Source: an uncultured Caulobacterales bacterium (GTDB taxonomy: Bacteria; Pseudomonadota; Alphaproteobacteria; Caulobacterales; Maricaulaceae). From it: a DNA stretch of 64,000 nucleotides. Positions within the stretch are counted from its first letter, which is position 1, and each line of letters opens with the position of its first letter. Below, one piece after another: positions 10,336 through 22,373 of this stretch. The stretch lies in NCBI GenBank assembly GCA_964607445.1, contig CAZSKN010000009.1, forward strand, positions 4,740 through 68,739, written 5' to 3'. Under the pieces are notes generated by a model that did no database searches, was not told the origin of the DNA, and saw nothing but the letters and a program-made list of their open reading frames with translations. Made by a program: the position numbers and the translations under genes.

Positions 10336-11531
10336 TGGCCAAGCATGAAGCGCTCCTCGAAGGTGATGACCGAAACTTCACAATTAATTTCGGCCCGCAA
10401 CATCCGGCGGCCCATGGTGTGTTGCGCCTTGTCCTTGAACTCGAAGGTGAAATTGTTGAGCGGGTTGACCCGCATATCGGGCTTTTGCATCGAGGCACGG
10501 AAAAACTAATAGAGCATAAGACCTATCTTCAAGCTATTCCCTATTTTGACCGGCTTGATTACGTCGCGCCGATGAACCAAGAACACGCCTTTTGTTTGGC
10601 GATTGAAAAACTGATGGGCATAGACGTGCCCCGACGCGCAGAGTTTATCCGGGTGATATATTCCGAGATTGGACGTATTCTTAGCCATATGCTCAATATC
10701 ACGACGCAAGCCCTGGATGTTGGCGCATTGACACCGCCTGTATGGGGTTTTGAAGAGCGCGAAAAGCTCATGGTGTTTTACGAACGTGCTTGCGGCTCGC
10801 GTATGCATGCTATGTATTTTAGGCCTGGTGGTGTTCATCAGGATCTACCGCCAGCGCTGATTGCTGATATGTTGGCATGGTGTGAACAATTCCCCGCCAA
10901 GCTCAAAGACATTGAGGCCCTTTTGACGGAGAACCGGATTTTCAAGCAGCGTAATGTTGATATTGGCGTCATCAACCAACAAGATTGTTTTGAGTGGGGC
11001 TTTTCTGGCGTAATTGTACGTGGGTCAGGCCTCGCGTGGGACTTACGTCGTAATCAACCTTATTCCATATATAATGAGCTGGATTTCAAAATTCCATTGG
11101 GTAAGAACGGGGATTGTTATGACCGTTATCTTTGCCGCGTCGACGAGATGTATGAGAGTTGCAAGATCATGAAGCAATGTCTTGAGATGATGCCCGAAGG
11201 CCCGGTAATGAGCACGGATAATAAAGTCACCCCGCCGCGTAGGTCGGACATGAAGCAAAGCATGGAAGCGCTGATCCATCACTTCAAGCTTTACACGGAA
11301 GGCTTCCATGTGCCCGCCGGCGAAGTCTATACATGTGTTGAAGCGCCCAAAGGTGAATTTGGTGTTTATCTGGTGTCTGACGGCTCTAATAAGCCTTACC
11401 GCTGTAAAATCCGCGCGCCGGGTTTTCCGCATTTGGCGGCGATGGATTACCTCAATAAAGGCCATATGCTAGCCGATGTGTCGGCTATTTTAGGCTCGCT
11501 TGATATCGTTTTTGGGGAGATTGACCGCTAA
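10335..11531 (+). CDS. nuoD: NADH-quinone oxidoreductase subunit D
   Basis: 398 aa with [14 protein letters not shown] and a C-terminal GEIDR. Confidence 0.97.
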   Translation: MAKHEALLEGDDRNFTINFGPQHPAAHGVLRLVLELEGEIVERVDPHIGLLHRGTEKLIEHKTYLQAIPYFDRLDYVAPMNQEHAFCLAIEKLMGIDVPRRAEFIRVIYSEIGRILSHMLNITTQALDVGALTPPVWGFEEREKLMVFYERACGSRMHAMYFRPGGVHQDLPPALIADMLAWCEQFPAKLKDIEALLTENRIFKQRNVDIGVINQQDCFEWGFSGVIVRGSGLAWDLRRNQPYSIYNELDFKIPLGKNGDCYDRYLCRVDEMYESCKIMKQCLEMMPEGPVMSTDNKVTPPRRSDMKQSMEALIHHFKLYTEGFHVPAGEVYTCVEAPKGEFGVYLVSDGSNKPYRCKIRAPGFPHLAAMDYLNKGHMLADVSAILGSLDIVFGEIDR

Positions 11532-11544
11532 TGGGACTTTTATC

Positions 11545-12675
11545 ATGAGCGCACGCCGCCTTGCCATACGACAGCCTGAAAGCTTTGCCTTAAGTGCATC
11601 GGCCAAGAAGGATATTGCGCAATGGGTCAAGAAATATCCCAAAGGCCGACAGCGTAGTGCGCTGATACCGGCGCTGTGGATAGCCCAGAAAGACGCGGGC
11701 GGTTGGTTGCCAGAAGCGGCGCTACGTGTGCTCGGGGATATGCTGGATATGGCGTATATCCGCGTTTATGAGGTCGCGACTTTCTACACAATGTTTAATC
11801 TAGAGCCTGTAGGGACACATTTCGTCCAGCTTTGCGGGACCACGCCGTGCTGGTTGCGTGGTTCAGATGAGCTGATTGCCATGCTAAAGCGCAAGATCGG
11901 CCCGCAGCGTACGATTTCAGAAGATGGTAAGCTCACATGGCTCGAAGTGGAATGTCTTGGCGCATGCGCGAATGCCCCAATGGTGCAAATCTCGAATGCG
12001 GAGGGTGATCATTATTATGAAGACCTGACTGCGGAAAGCCTTGAGGCTGTACTTGATGATCTCGTCGCGGGTAAAACACCAAAGTCTGGCCCGCAAAACA
12101 GCCGCCACACCTCCGAGCCTGAAGGTGGGGCTATGGTGCTGAATACTGCGGGCCTTTACAAGAAGGTCAAAGCGCCTACCAAGCTCCCGCATGCCGAGAA
12201 AAAGGCCAAGGTCAATTATTATGAATGGGATCCGAAAGAACGTCGCGCCACGCGCAAAGGCTGGGTTGATCCGAAACGCAAAGCGCATCCCGACCCGAAA
12301 AAACGCGGGAGTAATCTAGGTCGTGATTTGACAAAAGGTCTGGTAGATGATGACCCTAATAAAGGCTTGCCCAAAAAACGATCAGCTAAACCGGTGTCGA
12401 AACCTAAAATTCTTTACACAGACGGGCCCACTGATGGCACTCCTGATGACTTGAAGAAAATTAAAGGTATTGGGCCGAAATTTGAAAGTGATTTAAATTC
12501 AAAAGGCATATATTATTTTCGCCAAATCGGCGCTTGGAAAGCGGCTGATGTAAAAATGGTCGAAGGTGTCATTGATAGTTTTCCCGGGCGCATTAAGCGG
12601 GATGAATGGGTCAAGCAGGGTAAGGCTTTGGCAAAAGGACGCGCATCGCGCAAAATGAAGACGGGGAAGACCTAA
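11545..12675 (+). CDS. nuoE: NADH-quinone oxidoreductase subunit E with a roughly 180-aa C-terminal extension
   Basis: Thioredoxin-like 2Fe-2S core ([20 protein letters not shown]). I chose ATG 11545 (MSARRL), just after the nuoD stop, over the ORF-track start 11500, which overlaps nuoD. Confidence 0.92.
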   Translation: MSARRLAIRQPESFALSASAKKDIAQWVKKYPKGRQRSALIPALWIAQKDAGGWLPEAALRVLGDMLDMAYIRVYEVATFYTMFNLEPVGTHFVQLCGTTPCWLRGSDELIAMLKRKIGPQRTISEDGKLTWLEVECLGACANAPMVQISNAEGDHYYEDLTAESLEAVLDDLVAGKTPKSGPQNSRHTSEPEGGAMVLNTAGLYKKVKAPTKLPHAEKKAKVNYYEWDPKERRATRKGWVDPKRKAHPDPKKRGSNLGRDLTKGLVDDDPNKGLPKKRSAKPVSKPKILYTDGPTDGTPDDLKKIKGIGPKFESDLNSKGIYYFRQIGAWKAADVKMVEGVIDSFPGRIKRDEWVKQGKALAKGRASRKMKTGKT

Positions 12676-13997
12676 TGGCTGACCTTCTTCAAGATAAAGA
12701 CCGGATTTTTACAAATCTTTACGGTCTACAGGATTTCGGGCTTGAGGGGGCCAAGAAACGTGGAGCGTGGTGCGGGACATCTGCCATGCTCGAGCAAGGC
12801 AAGGACTGGATTATAGATCAAATAAAAGGCTCAGGGCTTCGCGGACGCGGCGGGGCGGGGTTCCCAACCGGATTGAAATGGTCTTTCATGCCCAAAGACG
12901 TGGGTAATCGTCCACATTATCTTGTGGTCAATGCTGACGAGTCTGAACCTGGCTCTTGTAAAGACCGTGATATTTTACGCCATGACCCGCACTTGCTGAT
13001 TGAAGGGTGTCTGGTAGCGTCTTTTGCTATGCAGGCCCATGCCTGTTATATTTATGTGCGCGGGGAATATATTCTGGAACGCAACCGTTTGCAGGCGGCT
13101 ATTGACGAAGCTTACGCGGCGGGGCTTGTGGGTAAAAATGCGTGCGGTACGGGCTGGGATTTTGACATTTACATGCATCACGGCGCAGGGGCCTATATTT
13201 GCGGTGAGGAAACGGCCTTGCTTGAAAGCTTAGAGGGTAAAAAGGGACAACCACGCTTAAAGCCACCTTTTCCGGCAGGGGCAGGTCTTTATGGTTGCCC
13301 GACGACCGTTAATAATGTCGAGTCTATCGCTGTTGTGCCAACGATTTTACGTCGCGGGGTTGACTGGTGGACACAATTTGGCCGCGAAAATAATAAGGGC
13401 ACGAAAGTGTTTTCGATATCGGGTCACGTCAATAAGCCGTGTAATGTCGAAGAAGCGCTATCTATTCCGATGAAGACATTGCTGGAAGAATATGCAGGTG
13501 GCGTGCGCGGGGGCTGGGATAATCTAAAATGCGTGATACCAGGCGGCTCCTCTGTACCGCTACTGCCTAAAGAAATTTGCGATCATGTGTTGATGGATTT
13601 CGACGCCCTGCGCGAACATCAGTCCGGCCTTGGCACGGCGGCCGTGATCGTCATGGATAAATCCACAGATATCGTCAAAGCGATTGCAAGGCTATCCTAT
13701 TTTTACAAACATGAGAGCTGCGGCCAATGTACGCCGTGCCGTGAAGGCACAGGCTGGATGTGGCGTGTCATGGAACGCATGGTACGCGGTGAAGCGCGAA
13801 CCGAAGAAATAGATATGTTACTAGCTGTCACGAAACAGGTTGAGGGCCACACAATATGCGCGCTAGGTGATGCGGCGGCGTGGCCAATCCAAGGTCTGAT
13901 ACGTCACTTCCGTCACGAGATTGAAGAGCGCATAGATAATTACCGCGCTGGCAAGCCCGTTTTTGTGCCGCAAGGCGTTCCAGAGGCGGCGGAGTAA
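12675..13997 (+). CDS. nuoF: NADH-quinone oxidoreductase subunit F
   Basis: 440 aa with [13 protein letters not shown] (FMN site) and [12 protein letters not shown] (4Fe-4S). Confidence 0.98.
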   Translation: MADLLQDKDRIFTNLYGLQDFGLEGAKKRGAWCGTSAMLEQGKDWIIDQIKGSGLRGRGGAGFPTGLKWSFMPKDVGNRPHYLVVNADESEPGSCKDRDILRHDPHLLIEGCLVASFAMQAHACYIYVRGEYILERNRLQAAIDEAYAAGLVGKNACGTGWDFDIYMHHGAGAYICGEETALLESLEGKKGQPRLKPPFPAGAGLYGCPTTVNNVESIAVVPTILRRGVDWWTQFGRENNKGTKVFSISGHVNKPCNVEEALSIPMKTLLEEYAGGVRGGWDNLKCVIPGGSSVPLLPKEICDHVLMDFDALREHQSGLGTAAVIVMDKSTDIVKAIARLSYFYKHESCGQCTPCREGTGWMWRVMERMVRGEARTEEIDMLLAVTKQVEGHTICALGDAAAWPIQGLIRHFRHEIEERIDNYRAGKPVFVPQGVPEAAE

Positions 13998-14001
13998 GGC
14001 G

Positions 14002-14091
14002 ATGGGAAATTTTTTAATATTGGGTGCGGTAGTTGGGACGATTTGCGATACTCTTGTGGTCTTGATTTTAAATAAAAGAAGCGGTTTTTAA
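14002..14091 (+). CDS. Candidate 29-aa single-TM micropeptide between nuoF and nuoG (MGNFLILGAVVGTICDTLVVLILNKRSGF)
   Basis: The ATG lies 7 nt after a GGAG at 13991-13994, and the stop lies 2 nt before the nuoG ATG. A hydrophobic helix is followed by a basic tail. It fills the whole nuoF-nuoG gap. Confidence 0.35.
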   Translation: MGNFLILGAVVGTICDTLVVLILNKRSGF

Positions 14092-14093
14092 GT

Positions 14094-16205
14094 ATGTCTG
14101 ACCTCCGCAAAATCAATATTGATGGCACTGAATACGAAGTACCGGCGGATTATACGCTGATGCAAGCCTGTGAAGAGGCGGCAGGAGCTGAAATTCCGCG
14201 TTTTTGTTATCATGAACGTTTGTCTGTTGCAGGTAATTGCCGGATGTGTTTGGTCGAATGGGTCGGCGCACCTAAACCTCAGGCTTCATGTGCTCTCCAA
14301 GTCAAAGACCTTCGCCCGAATCGCGACGGGACACCTGCCAATATTCGCACAAATTCAGAAACGGTGAAAAAAGCGCGCGAAGGCGTGATGGAATTCCTGC
14401 TGATTAATCATCCGCTAGATTGTCCAATTTGTGATCAGGGCGGGGAATGTGATCTGCAAGACCAAGCTATGGCTTATGGGCGTGATGGCTCGCGGTTTGA
14501 AGAAAACAAGCGTGCTGTTGATGATAAATTCATGGGCCCGCTGGTCAATACGGTCATGACGCGTTGCATTCAATGTACGCGCTGCGTGCGGTTTGTGACG
14601 GAAGTCGCCGGCGTTGAGGAAATCGGTCTGGCTTCGCGCGGTGAAGACGCGGAAATTACGACCTATCTTGAACAAAGCCTGACATCTGAAATGTCCGGAA
14701 ACGTAATCGATTTATGCCCTGTGGGGGCGCTGACGTCCAAGCCTTATGCCTTTAACGCACGCCCATGGGAATTGGATAAGGTTGAGAGCGTTGACGTGAT
14801 GGATGCCGTTGGGTCTAATATCCGAATTGATAGCCGCACAGGACGTGTGCTGCGGATTATGCCCGTGGTAAACGATGCGATTAATGAAGAATGGATTTCT
14901 GACAAAACCCGTTTCGTTTGGGACGGGCTTGGCCGTCAACGACTAGACCAACCCTTTATTCGTGAGAACGGAAAATTACGGCCTACCGGATGGGACGAGG
15001 CCTTGGCGCGGGTCGCAGATAAACTCAAGGGTGAACCCGAAGAAATAGCTGCGATCGCAGGCGATCTTTGCGATGCAGAAAGCATGAAGGCGCTTAAAGA
15101 TCTGCTCGATAGCTTGGGTGTTAAAAACATGGATTGTCGTCAAGACGGCTCTATGCTTGGTACAACTAAAGGTAAGCGGCAGTCTTATTTGTTTAACACC
15201 ACACTTAACGGGCTAGAGCAGGTAGACGCACTATTGATTATTGGCGCGAACCCACGTCTTGAGGCTCCCCTTGTCAATACACGGATTCGAAAACGTTGGT
15301 TGACCGGGAAGTTGGACGTCGCCTTGATCGGCGAAGCGGCTGATTTGACATATACATATGATCATCTGGGTGCGGGGCCAGACGCAATTGCGACATTGAC
15401 CAAAGCATCCAAGGGGTTTGCCAATAAGTTGAAAAAAGCAAAAAAACCGGCGGTAATCATCGGGGCAGGAGCACTTAATCGTGCTGACAGCGAACAGATT
15501 TTACGCGCAATTGGCGTACTATGTGATAAATTTAAGGTCGTGCGCGAGGGGTGGAACGGGTTTAACATTCTCCACACAGCCGCCAGCCGTGTTGCGGGTC
15601 TGGATATGGGGTTTTTACCTGGTGAAGGCGGTAAAGATACACGCGCCATTTTAGACGGGGCGGCGTCAGGGAGCATTAAAACGGTGTTTCTACTCGGGGC
15701 TGATGAATTGGAAACTGCAAAACTTTCGAATGCGTTTGTAATTTATCAAGGCAGCCACGGTGATGCGGGCGCGCATATTGCCGATGTGATTTTACCGGGG
15801 GCGGCTTATACAGAAAAAGATGGACTTTATGTCAACCTTGAAGGCCGTGTGCAAATGGGTGCGCGCGCCGTTGCCCCCAAAGGCGAGGCAAAAGATGATT
15901 GGGCTATTCTGCGTGCACTATCAGGTCATATTGACCGTATTTTGCCTTATGACAGCCTTGAAGCTTTACGAGAAAAACTTTTTGCGGATCATCCGAGTTT
16001 TGCCAGCCTTGATCATGCGCCGGGGGCGAATGATGCGATGGAATTCGATGTTAAATCTATGGGTGCGTCTGGCGCCGTGTCGGGGCCAATTTTTGTAAAT
16101 TCTGTTACGGATTTCTACATGACCAATCCGATTGCGCGCGCGTCTACTGTAATGGCGGAATGCTCTGAATTGGTAACAACGCCCTTGATAGAGGCAGCTG
16201 AATAA
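14094..16205 (+). CDS. nuoG: NADH-quinone oxidoreductase subunit G
   Basis: 703 aa with N-terminal 2Fe-2S and 4Fe-4S Cys motifs ([25 protein letters not shown]). Confidence 0.97.
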   Translation: MSDLRKINIDGTEYEVPADYTLMQACEEAAGAEIPRFCYHERLSVAGNCRMCLVEWVGAPKPQASCALQVKDLRPNRDGTPANIRTNSETVKKAREGVMEFLLINHPLDCPICDQGGECDLQDQAMAYGRDGSRFEENKRAVDDKFMGPLVNTVMTRCIQCTRCVRFVTEVAGVEEIGLASRGEDAEITTYLEQSLTSEMSGNVIDLCPVGALTSKPYAFNARPWELDKVESVDVMDAVGSNIRIDSRTGRVLRIMPVVNDAINEEWISDKTRFVWDGLGRQRLDQPFIRENGKLRPTGWDEALARVADKLKGEPEEIAAIAGDLCDAESMKALKDLLDSLGVKNMDCRQDGSMLGTTKGKRQSYLFNTTLNGLEQVDALLIIGANPRLEAPLVNTRIRKRWLTGKLDVALIGEAADLTYTYDHLGAGPDAIATLTKASKGFANKLKKAKKPAVIIGAGALNRADSEQILRAIGVLCDKFKVVREGWNGFNILHTAASRVAGLDMGFLPGEGGKDTRAILDGAASGSIKTVFLLGADELETAKLSNAFVIYQGSHGDAGAHIADVILPGAAYTEKDGLYVNLEGRVQMGARAVAPKGEAKDDWAILRALSGHIDRILPYDSLEALREKLFADHPSFASLDHAPGANDAMEFDVKSMGASGAVSGPIFVNSVTDFYMTNPIARASTVMAECSELVTTPLIEAAE

Positions 16206-17281
16206 TGGCCTTGGATATGATGATACAGTTCTGGTCTGATTTATCGCCTCTGGCGTGGCTTGGACTTAAAAGCTTACAAGTTACAGGATTTGTTTTGATC
16301 TTGTCTGTGATTTTGGCTTTTTTAATCCTGATGGACCGCAAAGTCTGGGCCGCCGTACAAATGCGGCGCGGGCCCAATGTTGTTGGCCCTTTTGGCTTGT
16401 TACAATCATTTGCTGATCTTCTAAAATTCGTCTTTAAAGAAATTATTATACCCGCTGGTTCTGATAAAGTTCTCTTTATACTCGCCCCGATTATAACGCT
16501 GGTTATGGCCTTTGTTGCGTGGGCGGTTGTACCGATTGCACCGGGCTGGGTGATGTCTGATATTAATATTGGCGTTTTATATATTCTCGCAATATCGTCT
16601 TTAGGGGTATACGGGATTATTATTGGGGGGTGGGCGTCAAATTCCAAATATCCATTTATGGGCGCACTGCGGTCCGCCGCACAGATGATTTCCTATGAAG
16701 TGTCTATCGGATTTATTATTTTAACGGTTATCTTTTTAACGGGCTCTATGAATTTGAGCGAAATCGTCAACGCCCAAGCGGGCGGGTTTTGGCAATGGCA
16801 TATGTTTATGTTGGATTTTTCCAAACCACTCTCTCTCGTTTTGTTTCCAATAATGTTCTATATGGGTGTGATGTTCTTTATTTCGGCCTTAGCCGAGACG
16901 AACCGCCCGCCTTTTGATTTACCAGAGGCGGAATCAGAACTGGTTGCAGGGTTTATGGTGGAATATTCGTCCACCCCATATCTGCTCTTTATGTTCGGGG
17001 AATATCTTAACATGACCTTGATGTGCGCGATGTTCACCATATTGTTTTTAGGGGGATGGCATGCACCGATTGATATTGGTGTGCAATTCATTCCGCCTAT
17101 TTTCTGGTTTACACTTAAATGTCTCGTGATGTTTTTTATGTTTGCGATGGTGAAAGCTATTGTGCCGCGTTACCGTTATGACCAGCTTATGCGCCTTGGC
17201 TGGAAAGTGTTTTTGCCAACATCGCTGGCCGCCGTTGTCTTTGTCTCGACTTGGGTCGTGTTCTTTGGCGATAAGATTTAG
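16205..17281 (+). CDS. nuoH: NADH-quinone oxidoreductase subunit H
   Basis: 358 aa polytopic membrane protein with [14 protein letters not shown] and [18 protein letters not shown] motifs. Confidence 0.97.
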   Translation: MALDMMIQFWSDLSPLAWLGLKSLQVTGFVLILSVILAFLILMDRKVWAAVQMRRGPNVVGPFGLLQSFADLLKFVFKEIIIPAGSDKVLFILAPIITLVMAFVAWAVVPIAPGWVMSDINIGVLYILAISSLGVYGIIIGGWASNSKYPFMGALRSAAQMISYEVSIGFIILTVIFLTGSMNLSEIVNAQAGGFWQWHMFMLDFSKPLSLVLFPIMFYMGVMFFISALAETNRPPFDLPEAESELVAGFMVEYSSTPYLLFMFGEYLNMTLMCAMFTILFLGGWHAPIDIGVQFIPPIFWFTLKCLVMFFMFAMVKAIVPRYRYDQLMRLGWKVFLPTSLAAVVFVSTWVVFFGDKI

Positions 17282-17291
17282 GAGCGCAGAG

Positions 17292-17780
17292 ATGTTACGT
17301 ATCAAACAGGTTCTACGCGGCGCGCTTTTACTGGAGTTTATCGGCGCGTTTGTACTGGCGATGAAATATTTTTTTCGTCCAAAAGTCACGATTAACTATC
17401 CCTTTGAAAAAGGGCCATTATCTCCACGTTTCCGCGGTGAACATGCTTTGCGACGTTACTCAAGCGGTGAAGAGAGGTGTATTGCGTGTAAATTGTGTGA
17501 AGCGATTTGCCCTGCTCAGGCGATTACCATCGAAGCCGAACCTCGCGAAGACGGTTCCCGCCGCACAACGCGTTATGATATTGATATGGTCAAATGTATT
17601 TATTGCGGCCTGTGCCAAGAGGCCTGTCCGGTAGATGCAATCGTCGAAGGTCCGAATTTTGAATTTGCAACGGAAACCCGCGAAGAACTTTACTATGATA
17701 AAGAAAAATTATTGGCCAATGGAGACCGTTGGGAACGTGAAATCGCAAAAAATCTTGAATTGGATGCGCCGTACCGTTAG
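17292..17780 (+). CDS. nuoI: NADH-quinone oxidoreductase subunit I
   Basis: Two ferredoxin motifs ([24 protein letters not shown]). I chose ATG 17292, after the nuoH stop with GGAG upstream, over ORF-track 17160. Confidence 0.95.
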   Translation: MLRIKQVLRGALLLEFIGAFVLAMKYFFRPKVTINYPFEKGPLSPRFRGEHALRRYSSGEERCIACKLCEAICPAQAITIEAEPREDGSRRTTRYDIDMVKCIYCGLCQEACPVDAIVEGPNFEFATETREELYYDKEKLLANGDRWEREIAKNLELDAPYR

Positions 17781-17804
17781 GGACGCGCCGGACTTAGGGA
17801 CTTA

Positions 17805-18428
17805 TTGAACGTGCTAATCGCCATCTCATTTTATCTCCTCGCAACCATTGCCGTTGTCAGCGCTTTTATGGTCGTAGCGGCCCGTAATCCTGTGCATTCA
17901 GTCATGTTTTTAATCATGACGTTTTTTTCGGCGGCAGGCTTGTTCATTCTAATGGGGGCCGAATTTTTGGCCCTTTTACTGGTGATGGTCTATGTGGGGG
18001 CTGTAGCTGTATTGTTCTTGTTTGTTGTAATGATGTTAGATGTGGATTTCGTTGAAATGAAACAGGGGTTTTTACAATATCTGCCCATGGGTGCCTTTGT
18101 AGCCGTAGTTCTATGTGCTGAAATGTTATTGGTGGGTGCTGCTTATTACACGGATAAGCCCACGACCGTCGTTGAAGATGAAGACGGGAAATCCAATCTA
18201 CAAGCCTTTGGCGAGGTGCTTTATACAGATTACGCCTTCTTCTTTGAAGCCGCTGGTTTCGTGCTTCTAGTCGCTATGATCGGTGCCATTGTTCTGACAT
18301 TACGCGAGCGTGAAGGCGTTAAGAGCCAAGACCCGTTAAAACAAATGGCCCGTACGCGTGAAACAGGTGTCGAGCATGTTGATATTGCGCCGGGTGACGG
18401 TCTGAGCATGAAAGGGAATACGCCATGA
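17805..18428 (+). CDS. nuoJ: NADH-quinone oxidoreductase subunit J
   Basis: 207 aa membrane protein in the operon position of nuoJ. TTG start at 17805, with GTG 17811 as an alternative. Confidence 0.92.
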   Translation: MNVLIAISFYLLATIAVVSAFMVVAARNPVHSVMFLIMTFFSAAGLFILMGAEFLALLLVMVYVGAVAVLFLFVVMMLDVDFVEMKQGFLQYLPMGAFVAVVLCAEMLLVGAAYYTDKPTTVVEDEDGKSNLQAFGEVLYTDYAFFFEAAGFVLLVAMIGAIVLTLREREGVKSQDPLKQMARTRETGVEHVDIAPGDGLSMKGNTP

Positions 18429-18751
18429 TTATCGGCCTGGCCCATTATCTTGTCGTCGCGGCGATTTTATTCACAATCGGCGTTTTCGGCATTTTCGTAA
18501 ACCGAAAAAATGTTATTATTATTTTGATGTGCATAGAGCTTATTTTATTGGCTGTGAATATTAACTTCGTCGCCTTTTCTACGCATATGGTAGACAGTGC
18601 AGGCAATAACCCCATGGCGGGACAAGTCTTTGCATTATTCGTTTTAACGGTTGCCGCAGCTGAAGCCGCTGTGGGCTTGGCTATATTAGTCGTCTATTTT
18701 CGTAATCGTGGCACAATCGCTGTCGAAGACATCGACTTAATGAAGGGTTGA
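18425..18751 (+). CDS. nuoK: NADH-quinone oxidoreductase subunit K
   Basis: 108 aa with three TM segments and [16 protein letters not shown]. It overlaps the nuoJ stop. Confidence 0.95.
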   Translation: MIIGLAHYLVVAAILFTIGVFGIFVNRKNVIIILMCIELILLAVNINFVAFSTHMVDSAGNNPMAGQVFALFVLTVAAAEAAVGLAILVVYFRNRGTIAVEDIDLMKG

Positions 18752-18757
18752 TCAGTC

Positions 18758-20812
18758 ATGCTTTACAAGACACTCGTCTTCGCGCCGCTTATCGGGGCTA
18801 TTATCGCAGGTATGGGCGGGACGCGCTTTGGCGGCAGTAAGCTCGGCGAAAAGTCGTCTATGGTGATAACGACCGCTTTGTTATTTCTATCCGCACTTTT
18901 GTCATGGATTGTCATGTTCAAGATCGGATTTGGTCATAATACGGCAGATGTAACCTTATTGCGCTGGATGGATGTTGGCGATCTAAAGGCCAATTGGGCC
19001 TTAAAAATAGACACGCTTACGGCCGTTATGCTCGTCGTTATTACAACGGTATCGTCACTCGTGCACCTCTATAGCTGGGGCTATATGGATGACGACGCCT
19101 ATAAACCCCGTTTCTTTGCTTATCTTTCGCTTTTCACATTCGCTATGCTGATGTTGGTTACGGCGGATAATTTTATTCAACTTTTCTTTGGCTGGGAAGG
19201 TGTGGGGTTAGCTTCATATCTCTTGATTGGATATTATTTCAAAAAACCATCAGCCAATGCGGCCGCCATAAAGGCTTTTGTAACCAACCGTGTCGGGGAT
19301 GTGGGGCTGGCTTTGGGTGTGATGACGATATTCTTTGTCTTTGGGTCTGTTGATTTCGATACAGTTTTTAACGCAGTTCACGATAATCCTGACCGTATTG
19401 TTGATTTTCTAGGGCTGCAAATTAATGCAATCGAGTTAATCGCCGCACTTCTGTTTATTGGGGCTATGGGAAAATCAGCGCAATTTGTGCTGCATGTGTG
19501 GTTGCCTGATGCGATGGAGGGGCCAACTCCGGTATCGGCGTTAATTCATGCTGCGACGATGGTGACAGCGGGGGTTTTCCTAGTCTGCCGGGCTTATCCT
19601 ATCTATGAATTGGCGCCTATTACATCGGGATTTATCACAATTGTGGGGGCGTTTACGGCCTTTTTTGCCGCGACGGTGGGGTTAGTGCAAAATGATATTA
19701 AGCGCGTTATTGCTTATTCAACCTGTTCGCAGCTTGGTTATATGTTCTTTGCTGCTGGTGTAGGCGCTTACAATGCAGCTATGTTCCATCTCTTCACCCA
19801 TGCCTTTTTCAAAGCGCTTTTGTTTTTGGGGGCAGGGTCGGTCATTCATGCCATGCACCATGAACAAGATATGCGTAAAATGGGCGGTATTCGTAAAAAA
19901 GTCCCGCTAACGTATGCGGCTATGATCATCGGGACATTAGCGATTACCGGCGTGGGAATACCTCTTTTAGGTTTCGGGTTTGCGGGCTTCTTTTCCAAGG
20001 ATGCTATTATAGAATCCGCTTATGCTGTTGGCGCCGCTGGCGAAAGCAATGCTGCAATTTTTGCCTTTTGGATGGGTATAATCGCAGCCTTGATGACGAG
20101 TTTTTATTCATGGCGTTTAATCTTTATGACGTTCCACGGTAACTATCGTGGTGATAGACATACCTTTGAACACGCCCATGAAAGCCCGATGAATATGCTT
20201 GTACCGTTAGGGGCTCTAAGTTTCGGGGCTGTTTTTGCAGGGGGTGTTTTTTACTCTAAATTTATGGGCGGAGATGCTGGGCATTTTTGGAATGGTGCTT
20301 TGCCAGCTGGGGGCGGAGGACATGCGCAAATGGCTGCCGATAATTTGTATGCATCCGCCGCGGCCGAAACGTCCAGTGATGCAGATTACGGGGGCGATCA
20401 TGGCGGCGGGCATCATGATTTTCCGCTTTGGGTGTTATTTGCCCCGCTCTTTGTCTCGGCACTCGGTTTTGTTGCCGCCTGGTATATGTATATTCGCGAT
20501 AATGGTACGGAAAAAATGCTCGCGAAAGAGGGGGGAATGTTTTATAATTTTCTCCTCAATAAATGGTATATTGACGAACTCTACGATGCGACCATCGTTC
20601 GAGGTACGCGCGTTCTAGGTGATTTTTTCTGGAAGACCGGAGATCAGAAAATCATTGATGGTCTCGGGCCCAATGGATTTGCAGCATTCGCATTGGGGGC
20701 GGGTAAGCGCTTGGCGAAAATACAAAGTGGAAAGCTATTTCATTATGCATTTATCATGCTAGTGGGCCTCGCTGGCATTATAGCGCTCGTCTTCTCACGT
20801 GTAGGAGGGTAG
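18758..20812 (+). CDS. nuoL: NADH-quinone oxidoreductase subunit L
   Basis: 684 aa antiporter-like subunit with WEGVGLASYLLIG and a C-terminal lateral helix region. Confidence 0.96.
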   Translation: MLYKTLVFAPLIGAIIAGMGGTRFGGSKLGEKSSMVITTALLFLSALLSWIVMFKIGFGHNTADVTLLRWMDVGDLKANWALKIDTLTAVMLVVITTVSSLVHLYSWGYMDDDAYKPRFFAYLSLFTFAMLMLVTADNFIQLFFGWEGVGLASYLLIGYYFKKPSANAAAIKAFVTNRVGDVGLALGVMTIFFVFGSVDFDTVFNAVHDNPDRIVDFLGLQINAIELIAALLFIGAMGKSAQFVLHVWLPDAMEGPTPVSALIHAATMVTAGVFLVCRAYPIYELAPITSGFITIVGAFTAFFAATVGLVQNDIKRVIAYSTCSQLGYMFFAAGVGAYNAAMFHLFTHAFFKALLFLGAGSVIHAMHHEQDMRKMGGIRKKVPLTYAAMIIGTLAITGVGIPLLGFGFAGFFSKDAIIESAYAVGAAGESNAAIFAFWMGIIAALMTSFYSWRLIFMTFHGNYRGDRHTFEHAHESPMNMLVPLGALSFGAVFAGGVFYSKFMGGDAGHFWNGALPAGGGGHAQMAADNLYASAAAETSSDADYGGDHGGGHHDFPLWVLFAPLFVSALGFVAAWYMYIRDNGTEKMLAKEGGMFYNFLLNKWYIDELYDATIVRGTRVLGDFFWKTGDQKIIDGLGPNGFAAFALGAGKRLAKIQSGKLFHYAFIMLVGLAGIIALVFSRVGG

Positions 20813-20815
20813 ATC

Positions 20816-22369
20816 ATGTTCGATAATGTTCCAATATTGTCACTCATTACCTTTATCCCTCTATTGGGTGCCATGGTTTTAATGGTGACATCTGTGTTGG
20901 CCTCAGACGCGGCGGCAAAAGCTCAGATTGAAAAAAATGCGCCCCGCGTGGCTCTGGCTGCATCTATCGCCGTATTTATCTTGTCAATTTTACTGGTCAT
21001 GGATTTTGATCCTGGCACGGCAGACTTTCAGTTCTTAGAGGATACTCCGTGGCTTGGAGGTGGTATTGAATACCGCTTGGGTGTGGATGGTATTTCGATA
21101 TTATTTATATTGCTAACGACATTTTTGACGCCATTGTGCATCCTTTCAAGCCAGAGCTCTATTAAGACCCGCATGCTGGATTATATGGTGGCATTTCTTG
21201 TGCTGGAAACCTTTATGATCGGGGTGTTCTGTGCACTTGATCTTGTGCTGTTTTACCTCTTTTTTGAAGCCGTACTGATACCCATGTTTATCATTATCGG
21301 CGTTTGGGGTGGTAAAAACCGCGTATATGCATCCTATAAGTTTTTTCTGTATACCCTGCTTGGCTCTGTCCTGATGTTGGTTGCAATTTTGTGGATTTAT
21401 TATTTCAGTGGTCAGCAACTTGGCGCCGCGACGACAGATATGAGAATTCTTGCAAAAGAGCTGGATATACCGGGCGGTGTCCAGACATGGTTGTGGTTGG
21501 CTTTCTTTGCGTCATTTGCTGTCAAAATGCCGATGTGGCCTGTCCATACATGGTTGCCCGATGCACACGTTGAAGCTCCGACAGCTGGATCTGTGATCCT
21601 TGCGGGTATTTTGCTAAAGTTGGGTGGGTACGGGTTTTTACGGTTTTCACTTCCTATGTTTCCGGATGCCAGCTTGCAGCTTGCGCCGTTGATTTTCTGG
21701 ATGAGTGTAATAGCGATTATATATACTTCGCTTGTCGCTTACCGTCAGCATGATATGAAAAAGCTTATTGCCTATTCTTCTGTCGCGCATATGGGGTTTG
21801 TGACAATGGGGATTTTTGCCGTAAACGCTCAAGGTATTCAGGGGGGTATTTTTCAAATGCTCTCGCACGGTATTATTTCCGGGGCGTTATTCTTCTGTGT
21901 TGGGGTGATTTATGACCGTATGCACACGCGCGAAATTGCGTTTTATGGAGGCTTGGTCAAACACATGCCTGTCTATGCTGCATTTTTAATGTTGTTTACA
22001 ATGGCTAATGTTGGATTGCCGGGTACATCGGGCTTTGTGGGTGAAATATTGACGATGATCGGGGCTTATCAGGTTAACCCATGGATTGCATTCGGAGCCG
22101 CGACGGGTATGATTTTATCGGCTATCTATGCCCTATACCTATATCGGGCGGTGATATTTGGTGAACAAACCAATGAAAAATTAAATGATATTGAAGATAT
22201 GACGCGCGGTGAAATTTTCATTTTAGCGCCATTAGCGGTCATGACTATCATTTTGGGTGTTTATCCCGCACTCATTACCGATATAACAGCTGTATCGGTT
22301 GATAGTCTTATCGCAGACTTTAACACGGCGACACAAAGTGTCGCGACTTCGGCGATTGCGGGGAATTAG
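20816..22369 (+). CDS. nuoM: NADH-quinone oxidoreductase subunit M
   Basis: 517 aa antiporter-like subunit ([28 protein letters not shown]). Confidence 0.96.
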   Translation: MFDNVPILSLITFIPLLGAMVLMVTSVLASDAAAKAQIEKNAPRVALAASIAVFILSILLVMDFDPGTADFQFLEDTPWLGGGIEYRLGVDGISILFILLTTFLTPLCILSSQSSIKTRMLDYMVAFLVLETFMIGVFCALDLVLFYLFFEAVLIPMFIIIGVWGGKNRVYASYKFFLYTLLGSVLMLVAILWIYYFSGQQLGAATTDMRILAKELDIPGGVQTWLWLAFFASFAVKMPMWPVHTWLPDAHVEAPTAGSVILAGILLKLGGYGFLRFSLPMFPDASLQLAPLIFWMSVIAIIYTSLVAYRQHDMKKLIAYSSVAHMGFVTMGIFAVNAQGIQGGIFQMLSHGIISGALFFCVGVIYDRMHTREIAFYGGLVKHMPVYAAFLMLFTMANVGLPGTSGFVGEILTMIGAYQVNPWIAFGAATGMILSAIYALYLYRAVIFGEQTNEKLNDIEDMTRGEIFILAPLAVMTIILGVYPALITDITAVSVDSLIADFNTATQSVATSAIAGN

Positions 22370-22373
22370 GACG

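Noticed and set aside
11500-11544. 5'-extended ORF-track starts that overlap the upstream gene: nuoE 11500, nuoI 17160, nuoN 22299, birA 23684, lolD 30506, pyrH 38871, frr 39678, skp 46487, fabZ 48395, lpxI 49671, mce 27082.
   Set aside because: In each case an internal start just after the upstream stop, often with a Shine-Dalgarno sequence, gives the canonical family N-terminus. The extensions are translated upstream coding or spacer sequence.
16144-16647. 167-aa ORF antisense to the nuoG end and nuoH start.
   Set aside because: It is a shadow ORF inside the nuo operon with no motifs or ribosome-binding site.
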